From Ranitomeya imitator (taxonomy: Eukaryota): a stretch of 64,000 bases of DNA. Each line of letters begins with the position of its first letter. The stretch's first letter is position 1. The translations under genes and the position numbers were made by a program. Under the pieces are notes generated by a model that was not told the DNA's origin, ran no database searches, and was given only the letters and a program-made list of their open reading frames with translations. Positions 47,301-59,205 of this stretch are shown here, piece after piece. The stretch lies in contig NC_091284.1 of the NCBI RefSeq assembly GCF_032444005.1, positions 3,162,001 through 3,226,000 of the forward strand, given 5' to 3'.

Positions 47301-49829
47301 CACCCCGGAGGCATCGGGACTCTGCAGAGCATCGCACCCCGAGGGCATCGGGACCCTGCAGAGCATCGCACCCCGGGGGCATCGGGACCCTGCAGAGCAT
47401 CGCACCCCCGGGGCATCGGGACCCTGCAGAGCATCGCACCCCGGGGGCATCGGGACCCTGCAGAGCATCGCACCCCGGGGGCATCGGGACCCTGAAGAGC
47501 ATCGCACCCCGGGGGCATCGGGCCTCTGCAGAGCATCGCACCCCGAGGGCATCGGGACCCAGCAGAGCATCGGACCCCGGGGACATCGGGACTCTGCAGA
47601 GCATCGCACCCCCGCGGCATCGGGACCCTGCAGAGCATCGCACCCCCGGGACATCAGGGACCCTGCAGAGCATCGCACCCCGGAGGCATCGGGACTCTGC
47701 AGAGCATCGCACCCCGGGGGCATCGGGACCCTGCAGAGCATCGCACCCCCGGGACATCAGGGACCCTGCAGAGCATCGCACCCCGGAGGCATCGGGACTC
47801 TGCAGAGCATCGCACCCCGGAAGCATCGGGACTCTGCAGAGCATCGCACCCCGGGGACATCGGGACCCTGCAGAGCATCGCACCCCGGGGGCATCGGGAC
47901 CCTGCAGAGCATCGCACCCCCGGGACATCAGGGACCCTGCAGAGCATCGCACCCCGGAGGCATCGGGACCCTGCAGAGCATCGCACCCCCGGGACATCAG
48001 GGACCCTGCAGAGCATCGCACCCCGGAGGCATCGGGACTCTGCAGAGCATCGCACCCCGGAAGCATCGGGACTCTGCAGAGCATCGCACCCCGGGGACAT
48101 CGGGACCCTGCAGAGCATCGCACCCCGGGGGCATCGGGACCCTGCAGAGCATCGCACCCAGGGGCATCAGGGACCCTGCAGAGCATCGCACCCCGGGGGC
48201 ATCGGGACCCTGCAGAGCATCGCACCCCGGGGGCATCGGGACCCTGCAGAGCATCGCACCCTGGGGGCATCGGGACCCTGCAGAGCATCGCACCCGGGGG
48301 CATCGGGACCCTGCAGAGCATCGCACCCCGGGGGCATCAGGGACCCTGCAGAGCATCGCACCCCGGGGGCATCAGGGACCCTGCAGAGCATCGCACCCCG
48401 GGGGCATCAGGGACCCTGCAGAGCATCGCACCCCGGGGGCATCAGGGACCCTGCAGAGCATCGCACCCCGGGGGCATCAGGGACCCTGCAGAGCATCGCA
48501 CCCCGGGGGCATCGGGACCCTGCAGAGCATCGCACCCCGGGGGCATCGGGACCCTGCAGAGCATCGCACCCCGGGGGCATCGGGACCCTGCAGAGCATCG
48601 CACCCCGGGGGCATCAGGACTCTGCAGAGCATCGCACCCCGGGGGCATCGGGACCCTGCAGAGCATCGCACCCCGGGGGCATCGAGACCCTGCAGAGCAT
48701 CGCACCCCGGGGGCATCGGGACTCTGCAGAGCATCGCACCCCGGGGGCATCGGGACTCTGCAGAGCATCGCACCCCGGGGGCATCGGGACCCTGCAGAGC
48801 ATCGCACCCCGGGGGCATCGGGACCCTGCAGAGCATCGCACCCTGGGGGCATCGGGACCCTGCAGAGCATCGCACCCGGGGGCATCGGGACCCTGCAGAG
48901 CATCGCACCCCGGGGGCATCAGGGACCCTGCAGAGCATCGCACCCCGGGGGCATCAGGGACCCTGCAGAGCATCGCACCCCGGGGGCATCGGGACCCTGC
49001 AGAGCATCGCACCCCGGGGGCATCAGGACTCTGCAGAGCATCGCACCCCGGGGGCATCAGGACCCTGCAGAGCATCGCACCCCGGGGGCATCGGGACCCT
49101 GCAGAGCATCGCACCCGGGGGCATCGGGACCCTGCAGAGCATCGCACCCTGGGGGCATCGGGACCCTGCAGAGCATCGCACCCGGGGGCATCCCCTGCAG
49201 AGCATCGCACCCGGGGGCATCAGGGACCCTGCAGAGCATCGCACCCCGGGGGCATCAGGGACCCTGCAGAGCATCGCACCCCGGGGGCATCGGGACCCTG
49301 CAGAGCATCGCACCCCGGGGGCATCAGGACTCTGCAGAGCATCGCACCCCGGGGGCATCAGGGACCCTGCAGAGCATCGCACCCCGGGGGCATCGGGACC
49401 CTGCAGAGCATCGCACCCCGGGGGCATCGGGACCCTGCAGAGCATCGCACCCCGGGGGCATCAGGGACCCTGCAGAGCATCGCACCCGGGGCATCGGGAC
49501 CCTGCAGAGCATCGCACCCCGGGGGCATCGGGACCCTGCAGAGCATCGCACCCGGGGCATCGGGACCCTGCAGAGCATCGCACCCCGGGGGCATCGGGAC
49601 CCTGCAGAGCATCGCACCCCGGGGGCATCAGGGACTCTGCAGAGCATCGCACCCCGGGGGCATTGGGACCCTGCAGAGCATCGCACCCCGGGGGCATCGG
49701 GACCCTGCAGAGCATCGCACCCCGGGGGCATCGAGACCCTGCAGAGCATCGCACCCCGGGGGCATCAGGACTCTGCAGAGCATCGCACCCCGGGGGCATC
49801 AGGGACCCTGCAGAGCATCGCACCCCGGG
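44340..49829. repeat. 34-35-bp GC-rich satellite (GGGACCCTGCAGAGCATCGCACCCCGGGGGCATC), about 160 copies
   Basis: Period 34 at 44461/44495. The rare variant CTGAAGAGC at 45481 and 47492 marks a ~2.0-kb block duplication. Confidence 0.98.
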
Positions 49830-49844
49830 ATCCCACCACATCTC

Positions 49845-49937
49845 CTCCATTGGCTCCGCCCCTTTCCGAGACTTCCGGCTCCGGCTACTGCGCATGCTCC
49901 ACACAGGGTCAGTCTGTCAGTGAAGGTGACATCCGGG
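49845..49937 (+). promoter_or_regulatory. GATD3 proximal promoter: inverted CCAAT, GC box, ETS/GABP site, NRF1-like site
   Basis: ATTGG 49849-49853, CTCCGCCCC ~49854, ACTTCCGG 49871-49878, TGCGCATGC 49889-49897. This motif set is typical of nuclear genes for mitochondrial proteins. Confidence 0.7.
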
Positions 49938-49939
49938 TG

Positions 49940-50041
49940 ATGGCGGCGCTCAGTGCTCGGGGGCCCCGGATCTTGATTCCTCTGCTGAGGGCCCGCTCCC
50001 TGCACGCGTCACCGGGAAACCCCGCGGCCAGAGTTGCGGTG
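49940..50041 (+). CDS. GATD3: GATD3 (ES1/C21orf33 homolog, mitochondrial) coding exon 1
   Basis: ATG MAALSARGPRILIPLLRARSLHASPGNPAARVAV then GTGAGT. The Arg-rich, acid-free peptide looks like a targeting presequence and ends PAARVA(V/L) like human ES1 before VLSGCG. PWP2-GATD3 adjacency is known in mammals. Later exons were not found in the window. Confidence 0.82.
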
Positions 50042-50389
50042 GTGAGTGCTGTGTGCTGCAGTGACGGAACGTGCGGGGAAACCACGGCGGAGCCTGGCAA
50101 GTGGGTGGGGCATAGTATGTTGGGGGCGGGGCATATTGTGCTGGGGCCCGGCAGTGTGTGCTGGGGGCGGGGCAGTGTGTGCTGTGGAGGTGGGGTCTAG
50201 GGGCGGGGCAGTGTGTGCTGATGCGGGCATAGTGTGCTTTGGGGTGGGGCAGCGTCTACTTGGGGCGGGACATTTATGTGCTGGGGGTGGGGCCTAATGT
50301 CCCGGGGCGGGGCATAGTGTGCTGGGGCGGGGTCTGATATGCTGTGGGCGCGGCCTTGTGTGCTGGGGAGGGGCAGTGTGTGATGAGGC

Positions 50390-50825
50390 GGGGCCTGTTA
50401 TGGTAGGGCGGGGCAGTGTGTGATGGGGGCGGGGCCTGTTATAGTGGGGCGGGGCAGTGTGATGGGGCGGGGCCTGTTATGGTGGGGCGGGGCAGTGTGT
50501 GATGGGGCGGGGCCTGTTATGGTGGGGCGGGGCAGTGTGTGATGGGGCGGGGCCTGTTATGGTGGGGCGGGGCAGTGTGTGATGAGGCGGGGCCTGTTAT
50601 GGTGGGGCGGGGCAGTGTGTGATGGGGCGGGGCCTGTTATGGTGGGGCGGGGCAGTGTGTGATGGGGCGGGGCCTGTTATGGTGGGGCGGGGCAGTGTGT
50701 GATGGGGCGGGGCCTGTTATGGTGGGGCGGGGCAGTGTGTGATGGGGCGGGGCCTGTTATGGTGGGGCGGGGCAGTGTGTGATGAGGCGGGGCCTGTTAT
50801 GGTGGGGCGGGGCAGTGTGTGATGC
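50390..50825. repeat. 40-bp G-rich minisatellite with two GGGGCGGGG boxes per unit
   Basis: GGTGGGGCGGGGCAGTGTGTGATGGGGCGGGGCCTGTTAT; more degenerate precursors from ~50100. Confidence 0.93.
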
Positions 50826-51011
50826 CTTTGATAACGCCCTGTCCCGCCCCTAGCGCTGCTGTGTGTTATCGGCTGATAATCAGCAGTCCTGCTCCCCAGT
50901 GTCGGGCTCTGCAGGTTTCTATCCTTATCAGTGATCAGTGCGACCAGTGGACAATGATAAGAGTTGTATTATAAGTGTAAAAGGAAGACTAGAATAAACA
51001 CTCACAAGGTT

Positions 51012-53670
51012 CTCACCTGACACCTCATCTACTGAAGCCACTGTCACCTGACACCTCATCTACTGAAGCCATTGTCACCTGACACCTCATCTACTGAAGC
51101 CATTGTCACCTGACACCATCTACTGAGGCCATTGTCACCTGACACCTCATCTACTGAAGCCATTGTCACCTGACACCATCTACTGAGGCCATCGTCACCT
51201 GACACCTCATCTACTGAGGCCATTGTCACCTGACACCTCATCTACTGAGACCATTGTAACCTGACACCTCATCTACTGAGACCATTGTAACCTGACACCT
51301 CATCTACTGAAGCCATTGTAACCTGATACCTCATCTACTGAAGCCACTGTCACCTGACACCTCATCTACTGAAGCCATTGTAACCTGACACCTCATCTAC
51401 TGAAGCCATTGTCACCTGACACCATCTACTGAGGCCATTGTCACCTGACACCTCATCTACTGAAGCCACTGTCACCTGACACCTCATCTACTGAGGCCAT
51501 TGTCACCTGACACCATCTACTGAGGCCATTGTCACCTGACACCTCATCTACTGAAGCCATTGTCACCTGACACCTCATCTACTGAAGCCATTGTCACCTG
51601 ACACCTCATCTACTGAAGCCATTGTCACCTGACACCTCATCTACTGAGGCCATCGTCACCTGACACCTCATCTACTGAAGCCATCGTCACCTGACACCTC
51701 ATCTACTGAAGTCATTGTCACCTGACACCTCATCTACTGAAGTCATTGTCACCTGACACCTCATCTACTGAGGCCATTGTCACCTGACACCTCATCTACT
51801 GAAGCCATTGTCACCTGACACCTCATCTACTGAAGTCATTGTCACCTGACACCTCATCTACTGAGGCCATTGTCAACAGACACCTCATCTACTGAAGCCA
51901 TCGTCACCTGACACCTCATCTACTGAAGCCATCGTCACCTGACACCTCATCTACTGAAGCCATCGTCACCTGACACCTCATCTACTGAAGCCATCGTCAC
52001 CTGACACCTCATCTACTGAAGCCATTGTCACCTGACACCTCATCTACTGAGGCCATTGTCACCTGACACCTCATCTACTGAAGCCATTGTCACCTGACAC
52101 CTCATCTACTGAAGCCATTGTCACCTGACACCTCATCTACTGAGACCATTGTCACCTGACACCTCATCTACTGAAGCCATTGTAACCTGACACCTCATCT
52201 ACTGAAGCCATTGTAACCTGACACCTCATCTACTGAAGCCACTGTCACCTGACACCTCATCTACTGAAGTCATTGTAACCTGACACCTCATCTACTGAAG
52301 CCATTGTCACCTGACACCATCTACTGAGGCCATTGTCACCTGACACCTCATCTACTGAAGCCACTGTCACCTGACACCTCATCTACTGAGGCCATTGTCA
52401 CCTGACACCATCTACTGAGGCCATTGTCACCTGACACCTCATCTACTGAAGCCATTGTTACCTGACACCTCATCTACTGAAGCCATTGTCACCTGACACC
52501 TCATCTACTGAGGCCATCGTCACCTGACACCTCATCTACTGAAGCCATCGTCACCTGACACCTCATCTACTGAAGTCATTGTCACCTGACACCTCATCTA
52601 CTGAAGCCATTGTCACCTGACACCATCTACTGAGGCCATTGTCACCTGACACCTCATCTACTGAGACCATTGTCACCTGACACCTCATCTACTGAGGCCA
52701 TTGTCACCTGACACCTCATCTACTGAGGCCATTGTCACCTGACACCTCATCTACTGAAGCCATCGTCACCTGACACCTCATCTACTGAAGCCATCGTCAC
52801 CTGACACCTCATCTACTGAAGCCATCGTCACCTGACACCTCATCTACTGAAGCCATCGTCACCTGACACCTCATCTACTGAAGCCATTGTCACCTGACAC
52901 CTCATCTACTGAAGCCATTGTCACCTGACACCTCATCTACTGAGGCCATTGTCACCTGACACCTCATCTACTGAAGCCACTGTCACCTGACACCTCATCT
53001 ACTGAGGCCATTGTCACCTGACACCATCTACTGAGGCCATTGTCACCTGACACCTCATCTACTGAAGCCACTGTCACCTGACACCTCATCTACTGAAGCC
53101 ATTGTCACCTGACACCTCATCTACTGAGGCCATCGTCACCTGACACCTCATCTACTGAAGCCATCGTCACCTGACACCTCATCTACTGAAGTCATTGTCA
53201 CCTGACACCTCATCTACTGAAGTCATTGTCACCTGACACCTCATCTACTGAGGCCATTGTCACCTGACACCTCATCTACTGAAGCCATTGTCACCTGACA
53301 CCTCATCTACTGAAGCCATCGTCACCTGACACCTCATCTACTGAAGCCATTGTCACCTGACACCTCATCTACTGAAGCCATTGTCACCTGACACCTCATC
53401 TACTGAAGTCATTGTCACCTGACACCTCATCTACTGAGGCCATTGTCAACAGACACCTCATCTACTGAAGCCATTGTCACCTGACACCTCATCTACTGAA
53501 GCCATCGTCACCTGACACCTCATCTACTGAAGCCATCGTCACCTGACACCTCATCTACTGAAGCCATCGTCACCTGACACCTCATCTACTGAAGCCATTG
53601 TCACCTGACACCTCATCTACTGAAGCCATTGTCACCTGACACCTCATCAACTGAAGCCATTGTCACCTGT
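51012..53670. repeat. 31-bp minisatellite (CACCTGACACCTCATCTACTGAAGCCATTGT), ~86 copies, with 29-bp variants
   Basis: Direct periodicity. Confidence 0.98.
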
Positions 53671-53689
53671 AAAGCATCAGAAATGACAA

Positions 53690-54250
53690 TCCCCCTCACT
53701 GGTCCCAAGTTGGCAGTTTCCCTCTGGTCGCAGGTGTCAGCAGATGGGACTACTGCTCCCATGAGTCTATGCTGCAATAACAGTGAGGCCTCCACAGTTT
53801 TGACAATCAGCCTTGCTAAAGCTCACAGCTGGGGGCTGGTATTCTCAGGCTGGTGAGGAGCCATGGATATTGACCCCCCAGACTAAAAATAGCAGCCTGC
53901 AGTCACCCAGAAAAGGCACATCTATTAGATGCCCCATTTCTGGCGCTGTGCCCGGCTCTTCCCACTTGCCCTGTAGTGGTGGTAAGTGGGGTTCATATTT
54001 GTGGGGTTGATGTCACCTTTGTATTGTCAGGTGACATCAAGCCCACGGATTAGTAATGCAGAAGCGTCTATAAGAACCTCTCCGTTACTAGTCCTATAGT
54101 TACATGGTAAATAAAGACACAGCAAGAATAAAGTCCTTTATTAGAAATAAAAGAAAATACCCTTTTTATTGAAAACTAATAAACACAGTTATACTCACCT
54201 AACACCTATTCCATCGAAGCCAACGTCTCTTGTAATAAAACTAAAATAAA
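53690..54250 (+). repeat. Dispersed repeat, same family as 37530-37920
   Basis: Shared motifs as above, plus an internal palindrome GATGTCACC...GGTGACATC. Confidence 0.5.
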
Positions 54251-54981
54251 AAAACATAAACACCTGTCTGCCGTAATCCATGTTTGGGGGATAACGAGTT
54301 TTCAACCTGGATGGTGCCAAGATGTGACCACTGGTGACTGAGCTGCTGCGGCGCAGCGTCAGTGACTGGCGGGGTGTGATCGAGGTTACTGCCGGCCACT
54401 GAGGCTGCGTTCCCAGCCGGCTGAACTGCGGTGACCTCGGTGAGAGTTTTTGAGGTCGCTGCAGTCATTCTCCCCAGCCCCTCAGTGTGAGCGCTCGTCT
54501 CCGCACACCCGTCACAGTGAAGGATGACGGCGTGGGACACTGCAGAGCTTCGGCTTCAGACAGGTGAGGGATATTGTGGTTGTGATTGTTTTCAGGGGAC
54601 AGTGGCATCAGTGTATTAGGCGTAAGGTGAGTAATGTGACACTGGAATACAACTCTCATCGTTGTCCCCCGGTCGCGCTGATCACCGGCAGAGCAGGAGA
54701 CGATGGCGAGTCTGCAGCGCCCGACGCCGGGGAACACTGCAAACTGCCGGGACGTGTGATAGTGACCTGTCCGGTACCGGAAGTACCAGGACTGAGAGCG
54801 CCTAAGACATCGGAGCATTGATTGTAGGACGCGCTTTACTTTCACACCTTGGTCGGATAATGTTTACACCTCACTAATACAACGCAGAGAACAGAAAACG
54901 CCAAAGTAGCAAGATTCAGGAACGAGAATGACAGCGGGTCAGATAGAGCGGGAACGGCGAGAATCTGCTGCGGAGTCTGTA

Positions 54982-55655
54982 TGTAGGGTGATATATAGGG
55001 TTATATGTAGGGCTACATGTAGGGTTATATATAGGGTTATATAGGGCTATATGTAGGGTGATATATAGGGCTATATGTAGGGTGATATATAGGGCTATAT
55101 GTAGGGTGATATATAGGGCTATATGTAGGGTGATATATAGGGCTATATATAGGGTGATATATAGGGTTATATGTAGGGTGATATATAGGGGTATATGTAG
55201 GGTGATATATAGGGCTATATGTAGGGTGATATATAGGGCTATATATAGGGTGATATATAAGGGTATATGTAGGGTTATATATAGGGCTATATGTAGGGTT
55301 ATATGTAGGGTGATATATAGGGCTATATGTAGGGTGATATATAGGGCTATATGTAGGGTAATATATAGGGCTATATGTAGGGTGATATATAGGGGTATAT
55401 GTAGGGTGATATATAGGGTTATATAGGGCTATATGTAGGGTGATATATAGGGCTATATGTAGGGTGATATATAGGGTTATATAGGGCTATATGTAGGGTG
55501 ATATATAGGGCTATATGTAGGGTGATATAGAGGGTTATATATAGGGCTATATGTAGGGTTATTTATAGAGCTATATAGGGCTATATGTAGGGTGATATAT
55601 AGGGTTATGTAGGGTGATATATAGGGTTATTTATAGAGATATATAGGGTTATATA
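54982..55655. repeat. TATATAGGG/TATGTAGGG low-complexity satellite (continues 55868-55886 and 58320-58640)
   Basis: Tandem 11-13-bp variants such as GATATATAGGGCTATATGTAGGGT. Confidence 0.92.
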
Positions 55656-55782
55656 TAGTCCAAAAAATGAAGGCAGCACTCCAATAGGAAAAAAGAAAGT
55701 GATTTATTGGCCCATGTGCACATGGGCCAATAAATCACTTTGTTTTTTCCTATTGGAGTGCTGCCTTCATTTTTTTGGACTA
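55656..55782. repeat. ~125-bp near-perfect hairpin flanked by TA
   Basis: TAGTCCAAAAAATGAAGGCAGCACTCCAATAGGAAAAAA...GGCCCATGTGCACATGGGCC...TTTTTTCCTATTGGAGTGCTGCCTTCATTTTTTTGGACTA. Confidence 0.88.
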
Positions 55783-55886
55783 TAGTATGAGGTTTGGTAT
55801 ATACCTGGAAGGATTTTTTGCACCCTTTGTTTTCTTTTGGTGCTGCTTTTTTTTCTTTTCTTTTTCTAGGGTTATATATAGTTATA

Positions 55887-58320
55887 TAGACTGTGAGCCT
55901 TCGCGGGCAGGGTCCTCTCTCCTCCTGTATCCTCACCCATCCCTTGTAGATTGTGAGCCCTCGTGGGCAGGGTCCTCTCTCCTCCTGTATCCTCACCCAT
56001 CCCCTGTAGATTGTGAGCCCTCGCGGGCAGGGTCCTCCCTCCTAGTGTATCCTCACCCATCCCTTGTAGATTGTGAGCCCTCGCGGGCAGGGTCCTCTCT
56101 CCTCCTGTATCCTCACCCATCCCTTGTAGATTGTGAGCCCTCGCGGGCAGGGTCCTCTCTCCTCCTGTATCCTCACCCATCCCTTGTAGATTGTGAGCCC
56201 TCGCGGGCAGGGTCCTCTCTCCTCCTGTATCCTCACCCATCCCTTGTAGATTGTGAGCCCTCGCGGGCAGGGTCCTCTCTCCTCCTGTATCCTCACCCAT
56301 CCCTTGTAGATTGTGAGCCCTCGCGGGCAGGGTCCTCTCTCCTCCTGTATTCTCACCCATCCCTTGTAGATTGTGAGCCCTTGCGGGCAGAGTCCTCTCC
56401 TCCTGTATCCTCACCCATCCCGTGTAGATTGTGAGCCCTCGCGGGCAGGGTCCTCTCTCCTCCTGTATCCTCACCCATCCCTTGTAGACTGTGAGCCTTC
56501 GCGGGCAGGGTCCTCACTCCTCCTGTATCCTCACCCATCCCTTGTAGATTGTGAGCCCTCGCGGGTAGGGTCCTCTCTCCTCCTGTATCCTCACCCATCC
56601 CTTGTAGATTGTGAGCCCTCGCGGGCAGGGTCCTCTCTCCTCCTGTATCCTCACCCATCCCTTGTAGACTGTGAGCCCTCGCGGGCAGGGTCCTCTCCTC
56701 CTGTATCCTCACCCATCCCTTGTAGATTGTGAGCCCTCGCGGGCAGGGTCCTCTCTCCTCCTGCATCCTCACCCATCCCTTGTAGATTGTGAGCCTTCGC
56801 GGGCAGGGTCCTCTCTCCTCCTGTATCCTCACCCATCCCTTGTAGATTGTGAGCCCTCGCGGGCAGGGTCCTCTCTCCTCCTGCATCCTCACCCATCCCT
56901 TGTAGATTGTGAGCCTTCGCGGGCAGGGTCCTCTCTCCTCCTGTATCCTCACCCATCCCTTGTAGATTGTGAGCCCTCGCGGGCAGGGTCCTCTCTCCTC
57001 CTGCATCCTCACCCATCCCTTGTAGATTGTGAGCCCTCGCCGGCAGGGTCCTCTCTCCTCCTGTATCATCACCCATCCCTTGTAGACTGTGAGCCCTCGT
57101 GGGCAGGGTCCTCTCTCCTCCTGTATCCTTCCCCATCCCTTGTAGATTGTGAGCCCTCGCGGGCAGCGTCCTCTCCTCCTGTATCCTCACCCATCCCTTG
57201 TAGACTGTGAGCCCTCGCGGGCAGGGTCCTCTCTCCTCCTGTATCCTCACCCATCCCTTGTAGACTGTGAGCCCTCGCGGGCAGGGTCCTCTCTCCTCCT
57301 GTATCCTCACCCATCCCTTGTAGATTGTGAGCCCTCGCGGGCAGGGTCCTCTCTCCTCCTGTATCCTCACCCATCCCCTGTAGATTGTGAGCCCTCGCGG
57401 GCAGGGTCCTCCCTCCTAGTGTATCCTCACCCATCCCTTGTAGATTGTGAGCCCTCGCGGGCAGGGTCCTCTCTCCTCCTGTATCCTCACCCATCCCCTG
57501 TAGATTGTGAGCCCTCGCGGGCAGGGTCCTCTCTCCTCCTGTATCCTCACCCATCCCTTGTAGATTGTGAGCCCTCGCGGGCAGGGTCCTCTCTCCTCCT
57601 GTATCCTCACCCATCCCCTGTAGATTGTGAGCCCTCGCGGGCAGGGTCCTCTCTCCTCCTGTATCCTCACCCATCCCTTGTAGATTGTGAGCCCTCGCGG
57701 GCAGGGTCCTCTCTCCTCCTGTATCCTCACCCATCCCCTGTAGATTGTGAGCCCTCGCGGGCAGGGTCCTCCCTCCTAGTGTATCCTCACCCATCCCTTG
57801 TAGATTGTGAGCCCTCGCGGGCAGGGTCCTCTCTCCTCCTGTATCCTCACCCATCCCCTGTAGATTGTGAGCCCTCGCGGGCAGGGTCCTCTCTCCTCCT
57901 GTATCCTCACCCATCCCTTGTAGATTGTGAGCCCTCGCGGGCAGGGTCCTCTCTCCTCCTGTATCCTCACCCATCCCTTGTAGATTGTGATTCCTCGCGG
58001 GCAGGGTCCTCTCTCCTCCTGTATCCTCACCCATCCCTTGTAGATTGTGAGCCCTCGCGGGCAGGGTCCTCTCTCCTCCTGTATCCTCACCCATCCCTTG
58101 TAGATTGTGAGCCCTCGCGGGCAGGGTCCTCTCTCCTCCTGTATCCTCACCCATCCCTTGTAGATTGTGAGCCCTCGCGGGCAGGGTCCTCTCTCCTCCT
58201 GTACCAGTTATGACTTGTATTGTTTAAGATTATTGTACTTGTTTTTATTATGTATACCCCTCCTCACATGTAAAGCGCCATGGAATAAATGGCGCTATAA
58301 TAATAAATAATAATAATAAT
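55887..58320 (+). mobile_element. L2-LINE 3' end consisting of ~38 copies of the 60-bp VNTR, stem-loop and (AAT)n tail
   Basis: Same 60-mer as 35779-36080. Tail CACATGTAAAGCGCCATGGAATAAATGGCGCTATAA(TAA)n at 58265-58320; hairpin 58274-58296. Confidence 0.9.
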
Positions 58321-58642
58321 ATAGAGTTACATATAGGGTTATATGTAAGGTTGTATATAGGGTGATATATAGTTATATAGGGTTATATATAGTGTTACAC
58401 GTAAGGTTATATAGGGTTATAGGGACATTTATAGGGTTATATATATGATTATATAGAGTTATAGGGTTATATATAGGGTTATATGTAAGGTATATAGAGT
58501 GATATATAGGGTGATATATAGTTATATAGGGTTATATAAAGTATAATATATAGTTGTATAGGGTTATATATAGTGTTATATGTAAGGTTATATATAGGGT
58601 TATAGGGATATTTATAGGGTTATATATATATATATATATATA

Positions 58643-59205
58643 CTAGATTGTGGCCCGATTCTAACGCATCGGGTATTCTAGAATATGCATGTCCCAGTAG
58701 TATATGGACAATGATGATTCCAGAATTCGCGGCAGACTGTGCCCGTCGCTGATTGGTCGAGGCGACCTTTATGACATCATCGTCGCCATGGCAACCATTA
58801 TGACATCATCGCCGTTGTGCCCGTTGCCGATTGGTCGAGGCCTGGCGGCCTCGACCAATCAGAGACGCAGGAAATCTACGTCCTTTATGACATCATCGTC
58901 GCTGTGCTCGTCGCTGATTGGTCGAGGCCTGGCGGCCTCGACCAATCAGAGACGCGGGATTTCTACGTCGATGCTGTGCCGGTCTCTGATTGGTCGAGGC
59001 CGCCAGGCCTCGACCAATCAGCAACGGGCACAACGGCGATGATGTCATAATGGTTGCCATGGCGACGATGATGTCATAAAGGTCGCCTCGACCAATCAGC
59101 GACGGGCACAGTCTGCCGCGAATTCTGGAATCATCATTGTCCATATACTACTGGGACATGCATATTCTAGAATACCCGATGCGCTAGAATCCGGCCACAA
59201 TCTAG
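58643..59205. mobile_element. 563-bp palindromic non-autonomous element with Helitron-like (hairpin + CTAG) termini at both ends, in (TA)n
   Basis: Arms of ~225 bp are inverted. The left end is TA-CTAG-ATTGTGG-CCCGAT..ATCGGG and the right end is CCCGAT..ATCCGG-CCACAAT-CTAG-TA. The class assignment is inferred. Confidence 0.7.

Noticed and set aside
44320-49923. ORFs up to 1164 aa in the 34-bp satellite
   Set aside because: The unit length is not a multiple of 3, so peptides cycle through three frames, as expected for a non-coding satellite.
1-58203. CRISPR-like arrays (many 28-37-bp repeats)
   Set aside because: Units are head-to-tail with no unique spacers, there are no cas genes, and the context is a spliced eukaryotic locus.
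54982-58640. Interstitial telomeric repeat
   Set aside because: Units are TATATAGGG/TATGTAGGG variants, not tandem TTAGGG; the resemblance is superficial.
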